From: Sphagnum compactum
Lineage: Eukaryota
Assembly (NCBI GenBank): GCA_965153455.1
Contig: OZ234493.1
Location: forward strand, 1,364,001 to 1,428,000
Length of the DNA: 64,000 bases
Direction of reading: 5' to 3'
The notes below the pieces were generated by a model, which saw only the letters and a program-made list of their open reading frames with translations, was not told the DNA's origin and did no database searches. A program made the translations under genes and the position numbers. This document shows, in pieces, positions 1-12,928 of the stretch. Numbering within the stretch: the stretch's first letter is position 1; each line of letters opens with the position of its first letter.

Positions 1-2142
1 TCAATTAAAAGGGTATTTAAGAAAAGAGTTTTCCTTCAATAATTCTCAGTGCAGAACAATTTTTCTGCAAAATTCATTGTGGGTTATTTTTTGCTGTGTG
101 ATAAACAAAGTACTTCTCACTTTGAATAGCAAGGCTGACAGTATTCCTTACCTTTGAGGTTACAAGCTTAGTACATTCTTGGAGGAGGAGGGACTCTCTG
201 GGGATGTCATATAAAAAAAATGTAGAAAAACAAAAAAAATAAATTGTTAGAGCTCACACAAATGATGCAAACCTGTCAAATATGTTTGATCACCATTGTC
301 AAGTATTTCTCAGAGAACATTAGTTTTCTGTAGTTAATTTGTTGTTGGAACCAAGTTCAATGTCAACAAAGTTCCTAGTTGTTTTTTTTTTCTCCTTTTC
401 TTTTTGGGTTTTAATTTCAAGGACTATTTCTGGAGTCTATTTATGCGAATATTTTTATATGTGTGTGACTTTGTTAGTTTTGATCATGTTGGCCGTCTAT
501 GTAATAGCATAAGACACAATTGAGAACACACACATAAGATGCTAGAAATGAAACAAGAAAGAAAAAAGAGACTTAAAAAATTGCTGATGAGAGTGGGCAA
601 CAATTAGTAACAAAATCAGATGTGTGATATCTCCAGTACTACGGTGTCACAGACAATATCAAAGCTTTCCATAAGTGTCCAACTAAATAGGACTTAGAAG
701 TTGCAAAGTCTGAGTGAGCATCTCTTGCTTACAATCCACTCTTGATAATTAGCTGCTGCTGCCCACACTAACTTGGTGTTTTATTTTTCTGTTTTTTTGC
801 GCTAGGAATTACTTTGATTGGCTATCACAAAAAAAATATTGAAGCATTGGGCATACCCAGAATAGAATCACACACCAACTTTGTTTTGGTAGCTCTACTA
901 TATAGATAAGCATTTGGTCAATTTCATCAGCCTACTGCAACAGTACTTACTACAGACATCCTTGATTTGCAGCCCCCATGTGCTTGCTCTTTAACTGGGT
1001 TTAAGTATTATTACTTGAGAAAAGAAACAAGTGGGAAATGATGTAAACAAGGAAAAAGCCTGCACTTCACTTGAGTGATGATTTTACAATAAAGATGATT
1101 CTTAACTTGCTACTGTTAAAGCATTGACACACACCCATTGCAGCTGGATTATGAGATCTTTTTTGAAGCTATTAAGCTGATGAGGCTGGAGGGAGTGACT
1201 GACTGAGAACCTCTTTCCATTGCCCATATGCACTTTTTTTTTCCAGGAGACTTACAGAAGTCTGTTGCTGCCAGAGAAAACACCTGTCCAAAAATCTAGA
1301 CTTGGTTAGTGTAGTACCCTTGGCGGCCTTCGACAACAATTATGTTATGTGTAGAAATGTTGAAATTTTCCCCAAAATTTATTGCAAAGAGCAAAATCTC
1401 GCAAACGAATGTGTAGAATCTTTTGGAATATTCAGTAATATTCGGTTTTCCACATGGAATCTTCAAAATTAATTAATTATATAACAGACATGTGTTGAAG
1501 CTGCCTCTGTAGCTAGCACCTTAAGTAGAGAAACAAGGTTGGTGTTGTGAGAATGGTGTCCCACATGAGAAATCTCGTGGGAGGGGGTGTGTTAATGGGT
1601 TGGGCTTTTATCTTCATAATAGAGATCATCAACCTTTAACTTTGGTACATACTTCACCTAATCCCATCCCAACAAAATCACCAACTACATTAGTGGTGAG
1701 AAGAGGAAGGCAAAGCTTCAAAAGTCTTGGCAACTTGCTAATGATGTTTCATTAATTGAAAAAATAAATCGAGTGACAAGGTTGAAAAAGAAAACAAATG
1801 GTGATACTTGTACCATGTGGAAGAGATTGCGTACCCTGTCGGTACCCCTGTCGCCAATAATTTTTTTTAAAAAAAAAAGAAAAAGTAGTGCAAGTTGAAA
1901 GGGATGTATAACACAAAAAAGTCTTCTGCTGGGGTGGGGTACTGGTGACCACCGTACGCGAGAGAGAGAGAGAGGGGGCGAGAATCGGTAATTGTGTCGG
2001 AGGCTTGGTTGCATCGAAGCTTTGATGATGGATTGTTGAAGGGTAATTTTTAGGGAGTTCCTTGTGATATCAACTATCTGCCTGCGAGATTGTTTTGCGA
2101 GATTGAGGAGATCTGTGGGGAGTTTTTTGGGGTCCATGCCCA

Positions 2143-4786
2143 ATGGCATCTTTGCGGGATGCATTGTTTACAATAGCAGTTGAAGGCAGCGAAGAACAGA
2201 TGCGGAAGCTCTTGCAGGATCCGGAAGTGAACGTGAACGAAAAACATACTTACTCGCTGGTTGCATTACACCAGAGCGCGGAGTTCAATCTCGATATCGG
2301 CGTGACTAAGGTACAATCAAGTATGCAAAAAAACCAAAGCTAGATAGTGGTCTTGCTTCAAGAAGAGGGGAAATTTTGCAAGCGAATTGCAATACTTTAC
2401 TTGACCGAGTCCTTTGTTTGCCAGAAGTATTCCGTAGTGAGGAAAAACTTCGTCAGTGAGGAAGAGGCATAGAACCTGAGTCGTCTTACAGTTCGACTGA
2501 CACCCCCCCCCTTTCCCTTTCTTCCTTGATCTCTTTTGTCGCAAGGCATTGTTGGATCATCCTCTTATCGACGTGAACTCCCGTGATGAGCAAGGACGAA
2601 CACCACTACATGTCGCTTCATGGAAGGACAAGAGGTTCGAATGCGTCCGATTGTTGCTTGACAGATCGAATATAGACGTGAATATTGCCGCCAAATTCGG
2701 TTTCACTCCTCTCCATGCAGCGGCAAGGTTCGCTTGCCCGAAGGTTCTGGAGCTTCTTTTGGCGGATTCCAGAGTGACAATCGATGCCAAAACGGTAGAT
2801 GGGTTCACAGCTCTTCATCTGGTAGCAGAAGGCGGCCAGAACAACCATCCCCATGCGGGAGGCGTACGACCTTGGCAAGACAGGTGTCAAGTGGTGCGAA
2901 TGCTGCTTGAAGCAGAACAGCAACAGAGAGCACGGAACCTCCCCTGCAATTTGAACAAAGAGGATGTTCTCAAACGGTTTCCCATTCATTACGGAGTGGA
3001 ATGTGACAGCGTGAACGTGATGAAAGAGTTGCTCAAGTGGGAGGACGACAATATCAGTGCACTGGATCTCTATGGATTTGCACCCTTGCACTTGGCGGTC
3101 CGATCAACAGCTAATCATCGAACTGTGGTAGTGGAAGCGCTGCTCCAAGTGCAGAACATCGATGTAAATATTGCATCAGTGAGGTCTTCATCTGATGTGC
3201 AACCGTTGCAGATGGCAGGCAAGAACGATGGTGGGTTGAATCTATTCTTCCCATTTCAGCCACTAGAAGCACCACAGGAAAGCAGCACACATCTTACTCC
3301 ATTACACTTTGCAGCAAAGATGGGATCTAGAAGGATAGTCGATTTACTGTTGCAATGGCCCAGGATCGAGCTCAACGTGCAAGACTCGAGAGATTATACG
3401 CCCCTACACTTCGCGGCACAGGATGGGCATGTGGAAGTTGTGCAAAGATTTCTTGAAGAAGGTCCGGGCCGAGTGAATTTCGAAGCCCGGGATGACGAGG
3501 GTGTCACACCGTTTTGGCGAGCGACATGGAATGATCGAATGGAAGTTGTGAGACTGTTGTGGGATGTTCCTAGCAGACAAGAGCATGACAGAATCGACAT
3601 ATTGCTTCCGAGATTACTAACAGGAGACCAAAACCTGACAACAGTGAGATTTCTCGTCAGCAGTTTCCCCACTGACAAACTGATCCAGGTGATTGAAGAA
3701 ATGGGGAATGCGGATGATCTCAATCTCGAAACAACAAGAGCCAAGCTTTTGGCCAGACTTGAGACCGAAGTCGCTTTCCCGAACAGTAGCAGAAGTCAAG
3801 ATGAGACTCTCTTACACTGGGTTGCAAAAAATAACCATTGGAAATTGATTCCGCAGATCGTGATCAGTAAGCGACAGACGGGTGGATTCGTGAATCAGAT
3901 GGACTTTGCACAAAATACAGCACTTCATTACGCAGCTAAGGCCGGCCATGGCGACGTAGTGAAAACACTCTTGGCACACGCTTCAGAATTGGATCTCAAT
4001 CTGAAAGACAGAGATGGTGACACACCACTACACCTAGCGACAAAGAACGGTCGCGTACATGTGGTGAAAGCTTTATGCCAGAATCCGGATCAACAGCGAC
4101 TACGAGCCAATGAAGAAGATGCACAAGGCGAGACGTGTTTACAGTATGCCACGGAGCACGACAACATTCCAAAAGAGATTGCAAACACATTAATGGATCG
4201 TTCAGACGTGAAAGATTTCTTAGATAGACATTACAGAGATAGACAAGTCTTCGTCGATGCAGCCAACGCACTTCTGGTCGGAGGTGCACTCATAGCCGGT
4301 CTTTCCTTCGCAAGTTGGTTACAGCCACCGTTATCATTCGTGCCTTACTACCAATTCCCACAATCGACACCTGCAACACCACCAGAGACATACGAGACTT
4401 TCGCTGCAGTGGAGCTTCACTCCAGCCTCCGTTTGTTTTGGACATTCAACAGTCTTTCCTTCTTCTTCGCGATTGCCACAGTTCTGTCGGGAGCAGAAGC
4501 CGCCTTCCCGGATTTGGACACGGTATTTGTAGTGAAAGCGGTACAAACTGTACGCAGGGCGTTGATCTGGACATCGATTCTACTGGTGTTTTCCGTGATC
4601 ACTGTGCTGGGAGCTTTTGTATGCGCGGGTTTTGTCGTGTTGCCTCCCATTGCAAGAGATGTGAACAACATGAAGATTTCAACCGTGTTCGGAATGCTGG
4701 TTTGTTGCGTCGTGCTCTTCAAATTCTCCGCCAAGCTCTTCAGAGGCATCTTCAAAATCATCAAGCGGACATCCGAGAAATGGTAG
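2143..4786 (+). CDS. Ankyrin-repeat protein with C-terminal PGG-type transmembrane domain (ACD6/ITN1-like family); exons 2143-2310 and 2546-4786, ~802 aa
   Basis: Many ankyrin consensus motifs (GRTPLHVAS, GFTPLHAAA, GFTALHLVA, YTPLHFAAQDG, NTALHYAAKAG, GDTPLHLATKNG) are followed by ALLVGGALIAGLSFASWLQPP and several hydrophobic segments. A phase-0 GT..AG intron at 2311-2545 joins the 2143 ORF in frame to the 745-aa ORF (VTK|ALLDHP). Confidence 0.9.
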
Positions 4787-5032
4787 AAAGCACCACCGTT
4801 AAAAACAACAACAACAAGAGCGACAACAGGAGCAACACAACACAACACAAGAGCAGCAACAATTACAAACCCAAACATTTTCTTGAACAAGAAACAACAC
4901 TCTCTTCCTTGAAAACTCATTTTTATGAATTTATTTTTAATTGTCAAATGCAAAATATTTACCCTAGTACCTGAATGATTTCAACATAAATTAATTTTTT
5001 TTTCATTTTTCTGAATTTTTTTGAAAACTTAT

Positions 5033-5116
5033 TTGTTACTTGTGCCGAAATTTTCATAAAATTATTGAAAAAAAAGTTGTTACTTACTTGTGCTGAAATT
5101 TTTATAAAATTAAAAA

Positions 5117-5152
<36 letters not shown>

Positions 5153-5177
5153 ACTTGCGCCAATATTTTCATAAATT
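5033..5177. repeat. Three degenerate copies of a ~30-bp motif (ttgttacttgtgccgaaattttcataaaatt) with a (TA)n microsatellite at 5121-5147
   Basis: Read directly from the sequence. Confidence 0.7.
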
Positions 5178-7645
5178 TTTTTTAAAAATAAAAATCTGCA
5201 AGTTTTTCACTGTCAGGGTTTGAGCCGCAGACCTTTAAAGTTCAAGAAATTAAGACAAGGTAGGTTACCGAAACAAAAACCAATAGGAAAGTGTTGCGAC
5301 ATGATTTTCAAATTTTTTTGGAAATCTAATGACTTTTCTCTCACCAAAGAAATACGTGATTGAATATTCTTTTTTCATATTCATTTTTCACATTTGTGCA
5401 AAATTTCCCCCCCAAAAAAAAAAGAAAAAAAAAGGAGATTTGACATGATTCTGTTGTGCATTTGAATGTTTTCAATCACATTGTCACATTTTTAAAGAAT
5501 TATATAATTTTTTGTGTATGAAGGGTGCTTTTAACCATTTTTGGAGAAGATAGTTTCATATTTAGTTTTGTGACTCACAGATTGATTGATGACAAAGTCA
5601 CTTGGGGTCGGGTGCACATTTAAGAAGGTGGTGTTGGAAACAAAATGTCTGGTGTTGGAAACAAAATGTCAAAAGATGATTGTAAAATCCTTGTACAACC
5701 AAATTAGGATGAATCATCTCACCCAGTTTCTCGGGGCCAAAATCCATTGAAGTTACTAATATACTCTCTAATGATTCACAACAAACTATCCCTGCCTTGC
5801 CTTGCAAGGCAAGGCCAAAAAAGAGTAGCATCCATTGCTTGAAGGGACCACTGCAGCATGCAATTCGTAAGGAGAACTTTTTGCATATATGTTATTGAAA
5901 ATTCAGCTTGAAAAAACAGCATGAAATTGTTGAAACTTGGCATTTCATTAAGCCCCCGAATGACTATAAAATAGAGTTGGAAATAACGCACCAAGTGGAA
6001 GATGGAAGTGTCGAATTCATTTGTATGTTTCCATTGGCAGCTCGCGGGACTGGAGACTGTGATGAGGATCAAAGTGTGATCCAGCCATCAAGAACCCTGA
6101 AAAAATATATTCAACTTTGGTGGCAAATTAAGAGAACAAGATCTTCCAAGACACCCTCTCAAGAGGTACTACCAGTCATAAGAAATTTGGTACATTATAT
6201 CCATTAATTAAGAAAACACATAAACAAGCAAGCACAGGAAGAACACAAAAAATTGTACTTGAAAGGTTAATTGTAAGTGGGTGAATCCATTATCATTAAG
6301 TCAATTTTTTCCTTCATTCTTTTTTCCCTTATAATCTTTAAATACACCAAATGCTATTTCACCAACAGAACAATCAACATGAGTTCAGTTCCTAAAGCAA
6401 CTGATGCTTGGAAATGGGTCTTTTAGTTCCAAAACTCCCCAAAGCACCCAAAAAGAAGTTTTGAAAAAACAAAAATCTAAGGCAAGGAAATTGGCAAAAA
6501 TACAATTCAGAAGCTTTGAAGCCAGCAAATTTTCTGAAGGAAAAAAAAATGTAAAACTCTTTTTGAATTCCATTTGAATCCCACAAAATTACAAAGAGCG
6601 TGGCAGAACATTCTTTTTCTTCCTGGGAACTCCAGTAGTAAAAGGAAGGACCATTCTTTGCAACAATGATCTGACTCTCAAAGTCACAAACTTTATATTT
6701 GATACATTGATTCTGTTCTCCCAAGCTGGTTTGAGAACGTCATCACCACAAGAAATTCACAATGCACAAATTCACAAACCTTGTTTGCTTGCTACATTGA
6801 GCCACACACAATCCTTGCTGCCCATGCAAAGAGCTTACAGTCTTGGAAGAGTCTCAATGATCTGGTCCCACACCAGGGCGACTTCTTGTTGTGTTTGCTA
6901 GAAGCTGCAGCCAACAGAGACAACATGAAGCGCGGAACAGCTTGGTTACTTACTTTTGGATTCCATCAATGTCAAAAACCCCACTAAACTGGCAGCTCAA
7001 TCCAAGCTCTTTGTGACAGTGAACAGTCAGAAGAAGGTCCAACTATGTTTTCATCACTAGAACAGCGTGGTTTAATCTAAGACTACATATAGCAGATGTA
7101 ACAATCTTAGAATAACTTGCCCATATGCAAGAAAAAACACTTCAAAATGAAAGCACATGTGGCCAATTGGAATGTGTAGTAACTAGAGAGCAGCTTCACA
7201 GCAATCACTTTTGCAACGCAGACAATAGGTTTACTCATCAGTTCCGTCATCTCATTTAATGAATACAGAAGCCATGCTCACTCTTCACCTTCCACATGAG
7301 ACCAGGCTTCAAATATAGTGGCAGAAAAGATAATTCCTCTACCTGAGAGAGTAACCTCATATTCATGTGTATTGCAAGATAGAACATTGCAAAATGGACA
7401 AGAAACTAATGAAAGAAAAAGCACATATCAGTCAGTCAAGCACCTCGCCGAAACAGAAGAGCTTGAGCTTGGCTGCAATGAATCTAAATCGAACCTCTAA
7501 ACTTATAACCAAGTCAAGCTGAAATCTGAAGATTAATCCCATCAGCTCAAAGAGATGAAGTAGAGCTGACATGCACATATCATTATCAGAGATCAGGTAA
7601 ATCACTTATACAGGGGCTTAGGACCAAAATTGAAGACTGCAGTCA

Positions 7646-10600
7646 TTATGAGCCTTGTAGCTCAGGACGCTTGAACCATCCCAAGAATCTATTTGCAAGC
7701 TGCTGTTTCCTTCTTCGCCAGAACCAGATTGCAGCACTGTACTGCTCGTTCCGTACTTGTCTGGTACTTGCCCGCCAGTCAAATTTCTCCACCTCAGCAC
7801 GACCTGCAAGAGGAACTCTTTGTTGGATTACAATTGCATGTCAATGGCCAAAAGGAAAGTGAACTTAGCAGACCTTGACATGCGCCTTGCCTTCCACAAA
7901 TGCAAACTGCTCAACCAAAGTCACCAAAAACATCTCCCAGTTTTTGTGGTTGTTCCACATTCCACTGAGAGACACATGATGCCTTGTTGGTCAAACTCGC
8001 TATTCAGAAGACTATACATGAAGCTGAGGCACTTAAGAAGTATTTTTCAGCATAGAGAGGACAGGGTAGTCAACTTTACCTGCAGAGCCAACCTTCTCCC
8101 GTAGCTCAGGAGACTCCAATAAGGCCCTGAGTTTCTTTACACAATCATCCACGTCACCTGGTGTGTAAAGAAATCCTGTCTCCCCATCCTGGTTCACAAT
8201 GTCGGGTATCCCACCTGCTCTGGCAGCAACAACCGATACTCCACAAGCCATAGCCTCTAGGACAACAAACCCTAGAGTTTCAGACTCTGAGGGAGTGATA
8301 AAAACATCCCCACTTGCATAGGCCTGTGAGAGTTCCTCCCCTTGCAGCATGCCTGTGAAGGTGACATTCATTCCTTGAAACATTTGCTCCAAGTCAGCCC
8401 TGCATTGACACCAACCTTCTGAGCAAAGTGACAAAAAGACCATCCAACATAACATTTTCAGTAGCTGCTCTCAACTCAGCTAAGACACCTTGAAACCTAG
8501 ACACCCAGTGAATATAGTGGAACTCACCTGTAAGGTCCATCGCCTATAAATGCAAGGTATGCTTCTGGTATTCTGTCCATAACCCTGCAATGCAGAAAAA
8601 GCTCATCTTTCATGATCCAGAACCTTCAACCCAATCAACAAACCAGATAAAGTTGACAAATTTTCCAGTTTAGCCTGACCCAATCAGACATCTATGCTGA
8701 TGTTCACGCTCTGCATATACTCAGTGTCAAGCAGATGGGTTGTAGGTCTCACAACATTAATGTGACTACAGTTGGTCCTTTCATTAGCTTGCTATGAAGA
8801 AAATCCCAGTCAGAAAGACCTGGTAATAAGACTAACCTCTTTAGAAAATCAAGATTTTTTTCTACCCCAAGTCTCCCGACATGCACTACGAGGGGAGCAT
8901 CTGGCATTCCATTACTGCAAACCAGCACCATTACAGAAGCAATCAGACAATTTCAAACCTGCCCATCAGCACTAATCCCTCCAATAGATAAGTGGCCTTT
9001 GATTAATAGGTATTCCTCCATAATACATTCATTCATGATCAGTACCAAAGATGTTCAATTGAACATAGGTGTCCACGCACAGTCTCTTCAGTGTCAATGC
9101 AGCTTAAAAAGCTGAAAAAAAACTTGGAGTGCAGGAAATCCATTTAGCATAACATCCAATGGCAACAGAGCTATTAACTCCATGTAGAGGTCCAAGTATC
9201 TTGAAACACCCTGAGAATGAAGAAACATGCCACTCTAGTTTGAAAGCAGTACTCACGTCAGGCGGTTACGCATTTCCTGGCTCTTGAAGCGTGGGTGGAA
9301 GCTCTCTGAATCCACACCCTTTCGCCATATGCGAATCTTTTCAGCTGTAGCACCCAAACACAAAGACAAATGATCAGATTTAACCTGAGACCGTCTTTAA
9401 TAAGTTAGAGCTAAACATGCAGCCCTTCCAAATCAGAACCATCATTAGCAAACTATACCCCTTTCTTATCTAAGAGATAATCTTATGAGAGTGGCTCACA
9501 AAAGTGTCAGACCATTGCCTTCATCACAAATAGCAGTGACAAGCTGCCATGACTACCTTAATCAGCTCCTGATGGTGGGTGTAGATAAGTATATAATAAT
9601 CAGCGCAAATTTCAGACAAACCATTACAAAAATTTGGGTACTGAGTTTCTGTCATGTTTCCAGAAGCAACAGGTAGACTCAGCTGAGATGCCAACTAGCA
9701 CTCAAGAGACATAGCTATCTGTATGCAACAACCTTGCATTGTATCTATGAGCAGGTACCTGTTGAAGCTCCAGCAGCTTTCATTTCCTTCCCAAGAGCGT
9801 GTGACATGACCAATGTAAGATCTGCTGCTCTGTGCAAAAACTCTTCACATACAAACAAAGACAGTAAAGTCAGGTTGATTCACCTTCAATAACTACCTGA
9901 AATGTTTGTCAAGCCCAGAAATGCAGCATGGTTCAAGAAGATGGGAAGGGGACTTACTGATTATGAACCACATAGGTTTGACAAGCCAACTAAATGTGTA
10001 CTTCGGAATATACCTGCACACATCATAAGCATACACGAGACAGTGACAGTCAAGGAAAGGAAGAGTGATTTTAGTGTAATCAGTGGCAAACACTTTTGTT
10101 CTTGCAATAAAAGCTGCTATATTAATAATGATGGCCCAGTAGGCAAAAACATATATCACCACCTCAAGTGCCAACAGGAGAACAATCCACACTTACATGG
10201 GTACATGGGTATGATAAGCCATCACCACAGGAACACTAAGAAGCTTAGCTATTACCAATGCTCCAAACACCTGGCCCCATACACAGACTTTCCTTTGTTG
10301 TAATGTTTCATGCACCAAGCAACACATGCTCTACCTTCCCACAAGTGTACAGTGGGGCTCTCATGTATCCCTGAAGCAAATACACCAATTTGCCAACTGA
10401 TCTCTGACAACACCATCAGCCAATGGAGAAGATACTCTATCACATTCCCAAGGAATGTACAATGGTACCTAGACTTAGGTCTCCTCACACCAAGACCAGC
10501 CTTCCACTTGGAAGCAGGGTACATAGAACAGCAATCAATAAAACAGAACAATAGACGTTGTTGAGGACCCACCATTATTCCAGGAGATGATGCATGAATG

Positions 10601-12501
10601 ATGTCAGGTTTGAAGTTCATAACCTCCTTATAAATGCGAGGGCTCAAAGCGAGAGACAAGGGAACGGTTTTGTACCAGGGGCAAGGAAGACTGCCAAACC
10701 ACATACCAAAGCACAACAATAACGACCCACATCGATCAATCAATCAGTCATCAAAAGGTTGGCACCCACAGATGTCTAAGCATGACCCAAGAGTCCATCG
10801 CTCTCTCTTATGAGAACTACATTTCCTCAATGACATCTGTTCAACTTCTTTGCAAGGACTGAGCATCAATTAGAATTCCACCTCTGTCTGGACATCAAAC
10901 AACAACAACAAGAGTCTTGAGTAGACAGACACCTTTACCTCCAGGAACCAATCACCTTTGCACCATAGAATTCCTTAGGCACTCCAATGTGCGTTGTGAC
11001 AACCAGGACCTGCAAATCCCAAACGACAACATAAGGTTAGAAAGTAAGTCAAGATCACAGATAGTTTGAAACAGTTCTGCTGCAATGCTGATTGTGATGG
11101 ATACGAATCCCAGAAAGACCACACTGACATGAATGGACAATTTGGCCTAGTCCTGACCTCTTCCTTCCTTCCTATGCTGCCTAAGTTTCTGCCCAAGAAC
11201 CAGCAAGATGTTGAGCATACACACATACTTTCAAGAAAGCTGCAAGCATGCAGATCCTTCTTCCACCCCCTTACCTCATCTCCCAGCTCTCTCAAATACC
11301 GAATGAAGTTCTGATAGCGGTTTTTGTATCCCGACACATACCTACATACAAGCGCACGCATGCATACCACCAGTTCTATCCGAATCAACAACACATAGCA
11401 AAGACCACCCCAAGGAACAAAAAGAAACATTAACAAGAACAAAATCATCAGCAAGATCAGATTTTTATCTAAGACCCATGAAAACCACTTGTATGTTCCT
11501 GAATCCATCCACCCATCCTGTTGATCATAGTAGGAACCCTTGAGATGCATGCAGAATGGTGGGAACTAACTATAGCAGATGATAGGAACCCTTGAGATGC
11601 AATTGTAATGGTGGGTACTAACTACAGAATGTATGCTAGGAACCCCTGTGATGCATGCAGAATGGTGGGTAATAACTACAGAATGGATGCAGGATTTTGC
11701 TTACATGCTAAATTGCAACCTGCAGTGAACAGGAGGTCATGCCCTGGTCAGGGTTGAGCATTCTGGGATTCAAAGAGAAGAAATCATAGACAACAGACAG
11801 CAGGCCCGAGGCATCTCAATCATTGTAGTAGCAAAAACCTTCAATGAAACTGCCAATTCAATCTCTAGGTTTTGCCAGAAGGCATGGACTGAGAGAGGGA
11901 AGGACTAAGGGTAAGGTGCAAACAGAGCAGAAGAGGAAGCAAAAGCTCATCAAGGGGTAACAGGAAGAAGCTGCTTCTGTAAGACATACGCAAATGGCGA
12001 TGGCTCCACGAACAATGCGATACGACGCGGCTTGTGAGCCCATTCCTTGGCATACTCCTCTTGCTCGCTGAGTTCGGAAGGCACGATCGTTGTGGTGGTG
12101 GTTCCACCGCTGCTGCTGCTGCTGCTGCTGCTATTGTCACTACTGCCACTTGCTTCTTCTACGGAGCTCGGCTGCTGCAGCGCAGCGACGAGCCCCGACC
12201 ACGGCGCTGGTCCTCTGCAAGAATCGGACCAGGATGATGGCGACAAAAATCGCGTGTGGAGGAAGAAGCCGGAGTTCTTCGGCGTCGACGAGCATGTGAG
12301 ACGACCAGGAACTCCCCTGCTGCTGCTGCCGCCGCCGCTGGAACTGGCAAGTCCGTCTATGCGATGCAGCACTACATGCTGCTGCCAATTGCTGCTGCTG
12401 CTGCTGCTGCAGCAGCAGCTGTTCCTAGCTTCCTCGGCCCTGTGCACAATCCCGTGGGCAGACAGGATCGGGGATCGGCATTGAACTCTTAGCGTCGCCA
12501 T
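7646..12501 (-). CDS. SQD2: Sulfoquinovosyltransferase (SQDG synthase, GT4 family) with Ser-rich plastid transit peptide; 12 exons: 12501-11990, 11341-11275, 11009-10939, 10690-10573, 10270-10197, 10013-9958, 9842-9759, 9344-9257, 8914-8837, 8584-8528, 8399-8080, 7803-7646
   Basis: The spliced translation gives the characteristic SQD2 segments PRRIALFVEPSPFAYVSGYKNR, FKPDIIHASSPG, YHTHVP, KGVDSESFHP, HVGRLGVEK, PSESETLGFVVLEAM and RNEQYSAAIWFWR. All junctions are GT..AG and phase-compatible. Confidence 0.95.
11531..11690. repeat. Three-copy ~53-bp tandem repeat in SQD2 intron 1
   Basis: The unit taggaacccttgagatgcatgcagaatggtgggaactaactatagcagatga recurs with substitutions. Confidence 0.8.
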
Positions 12502-12712
12502 AGCTCAAGAAGAGTCGTAGCCACCTTCTGTACGCAGAAGATGACAGTGGACGACAGCAACACAACCAGAGCGAGCGAGTCGTGAGGGGGTATAATGATG
12601 ACAAGCTCTCGTAGAAGGAAAGAAGTGGGACCTGGCTTCAGTCTGTCATGCTGATGTTGCGCATGCAGCTGCAGCAAAAAGGCGCGATGATCGGGAGTTG
12701 GAATCTGTGTGG

Positions 12713-12720
12713 GGATATGC
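12713..12720. promoter_or_regulatory. P1BS (GNATATNC) phosphate-starvation element upstream of SQD2
   Basis: GGATATGC lies ~210 bp 5' of the SQD2 ATG. SQD2 is a known PHR1-regulated Pi-starvation gene in angiosperms. The motif is short, so it could be a chance match. Confidence 0.5.
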
Positions 12721-12920
12721 TTGCTCTCTTGGCTTCATGGTAAGAAGAAAAATTAATCCAGTCTGAAGGAGGAGGAGGATCGTTATCGCTAGGTAGCAGC
12801 TCGGGTGACAAATCCCATCTATCTATCTTCAGCGCCATCTTCAGCAGCACCCGCAATACAAACAGCAGGAGAAAAGCAAGAAGCTGCCAAAACACTAGAA
12901 CAAACAAGCACTTGAGCTCC

Positions 12921-12928
12921 AAACCCTA
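12921..12928. promoter_or_regulatory. Telo-box (AAACCCTA) next to a CT/GA microsatellite near the likely SQD2 transcription start
   Basis: Exact motif; a second copy on the other strand (TAGGGTTT) is at 13147-13154. Confidence 0.45.

Noticed and set aside
1718..2164. 148-aa minus-strand ORF overlapping the ankyrin gene start
   Set aside because: It is antisense to the 5' leader, runs through A/T and GA tracts, and has no recognisable domain.
5214..5246. tRNA-like T-arm/B-box fragment on the minus strand (aaggtctgcggctcaaaccc); a similar weak signal lies near 50478-50520
   Set aside because: No cloverleaf or acceptor stem can be built; at most a decayed SINE-like fragment.
5598..6207. Short ORFs of 77-99 aa on both strands
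   Set aside because: No recognisable motifs and no consistent exon structure.
12034..12492. Several overlapping poly-Ala/Leu/Cys ORFs
   Set aside because: They are alternative frames of the (CAG/CTG)n tracts encoding poly-Ser in the SQD2 transit peptide.
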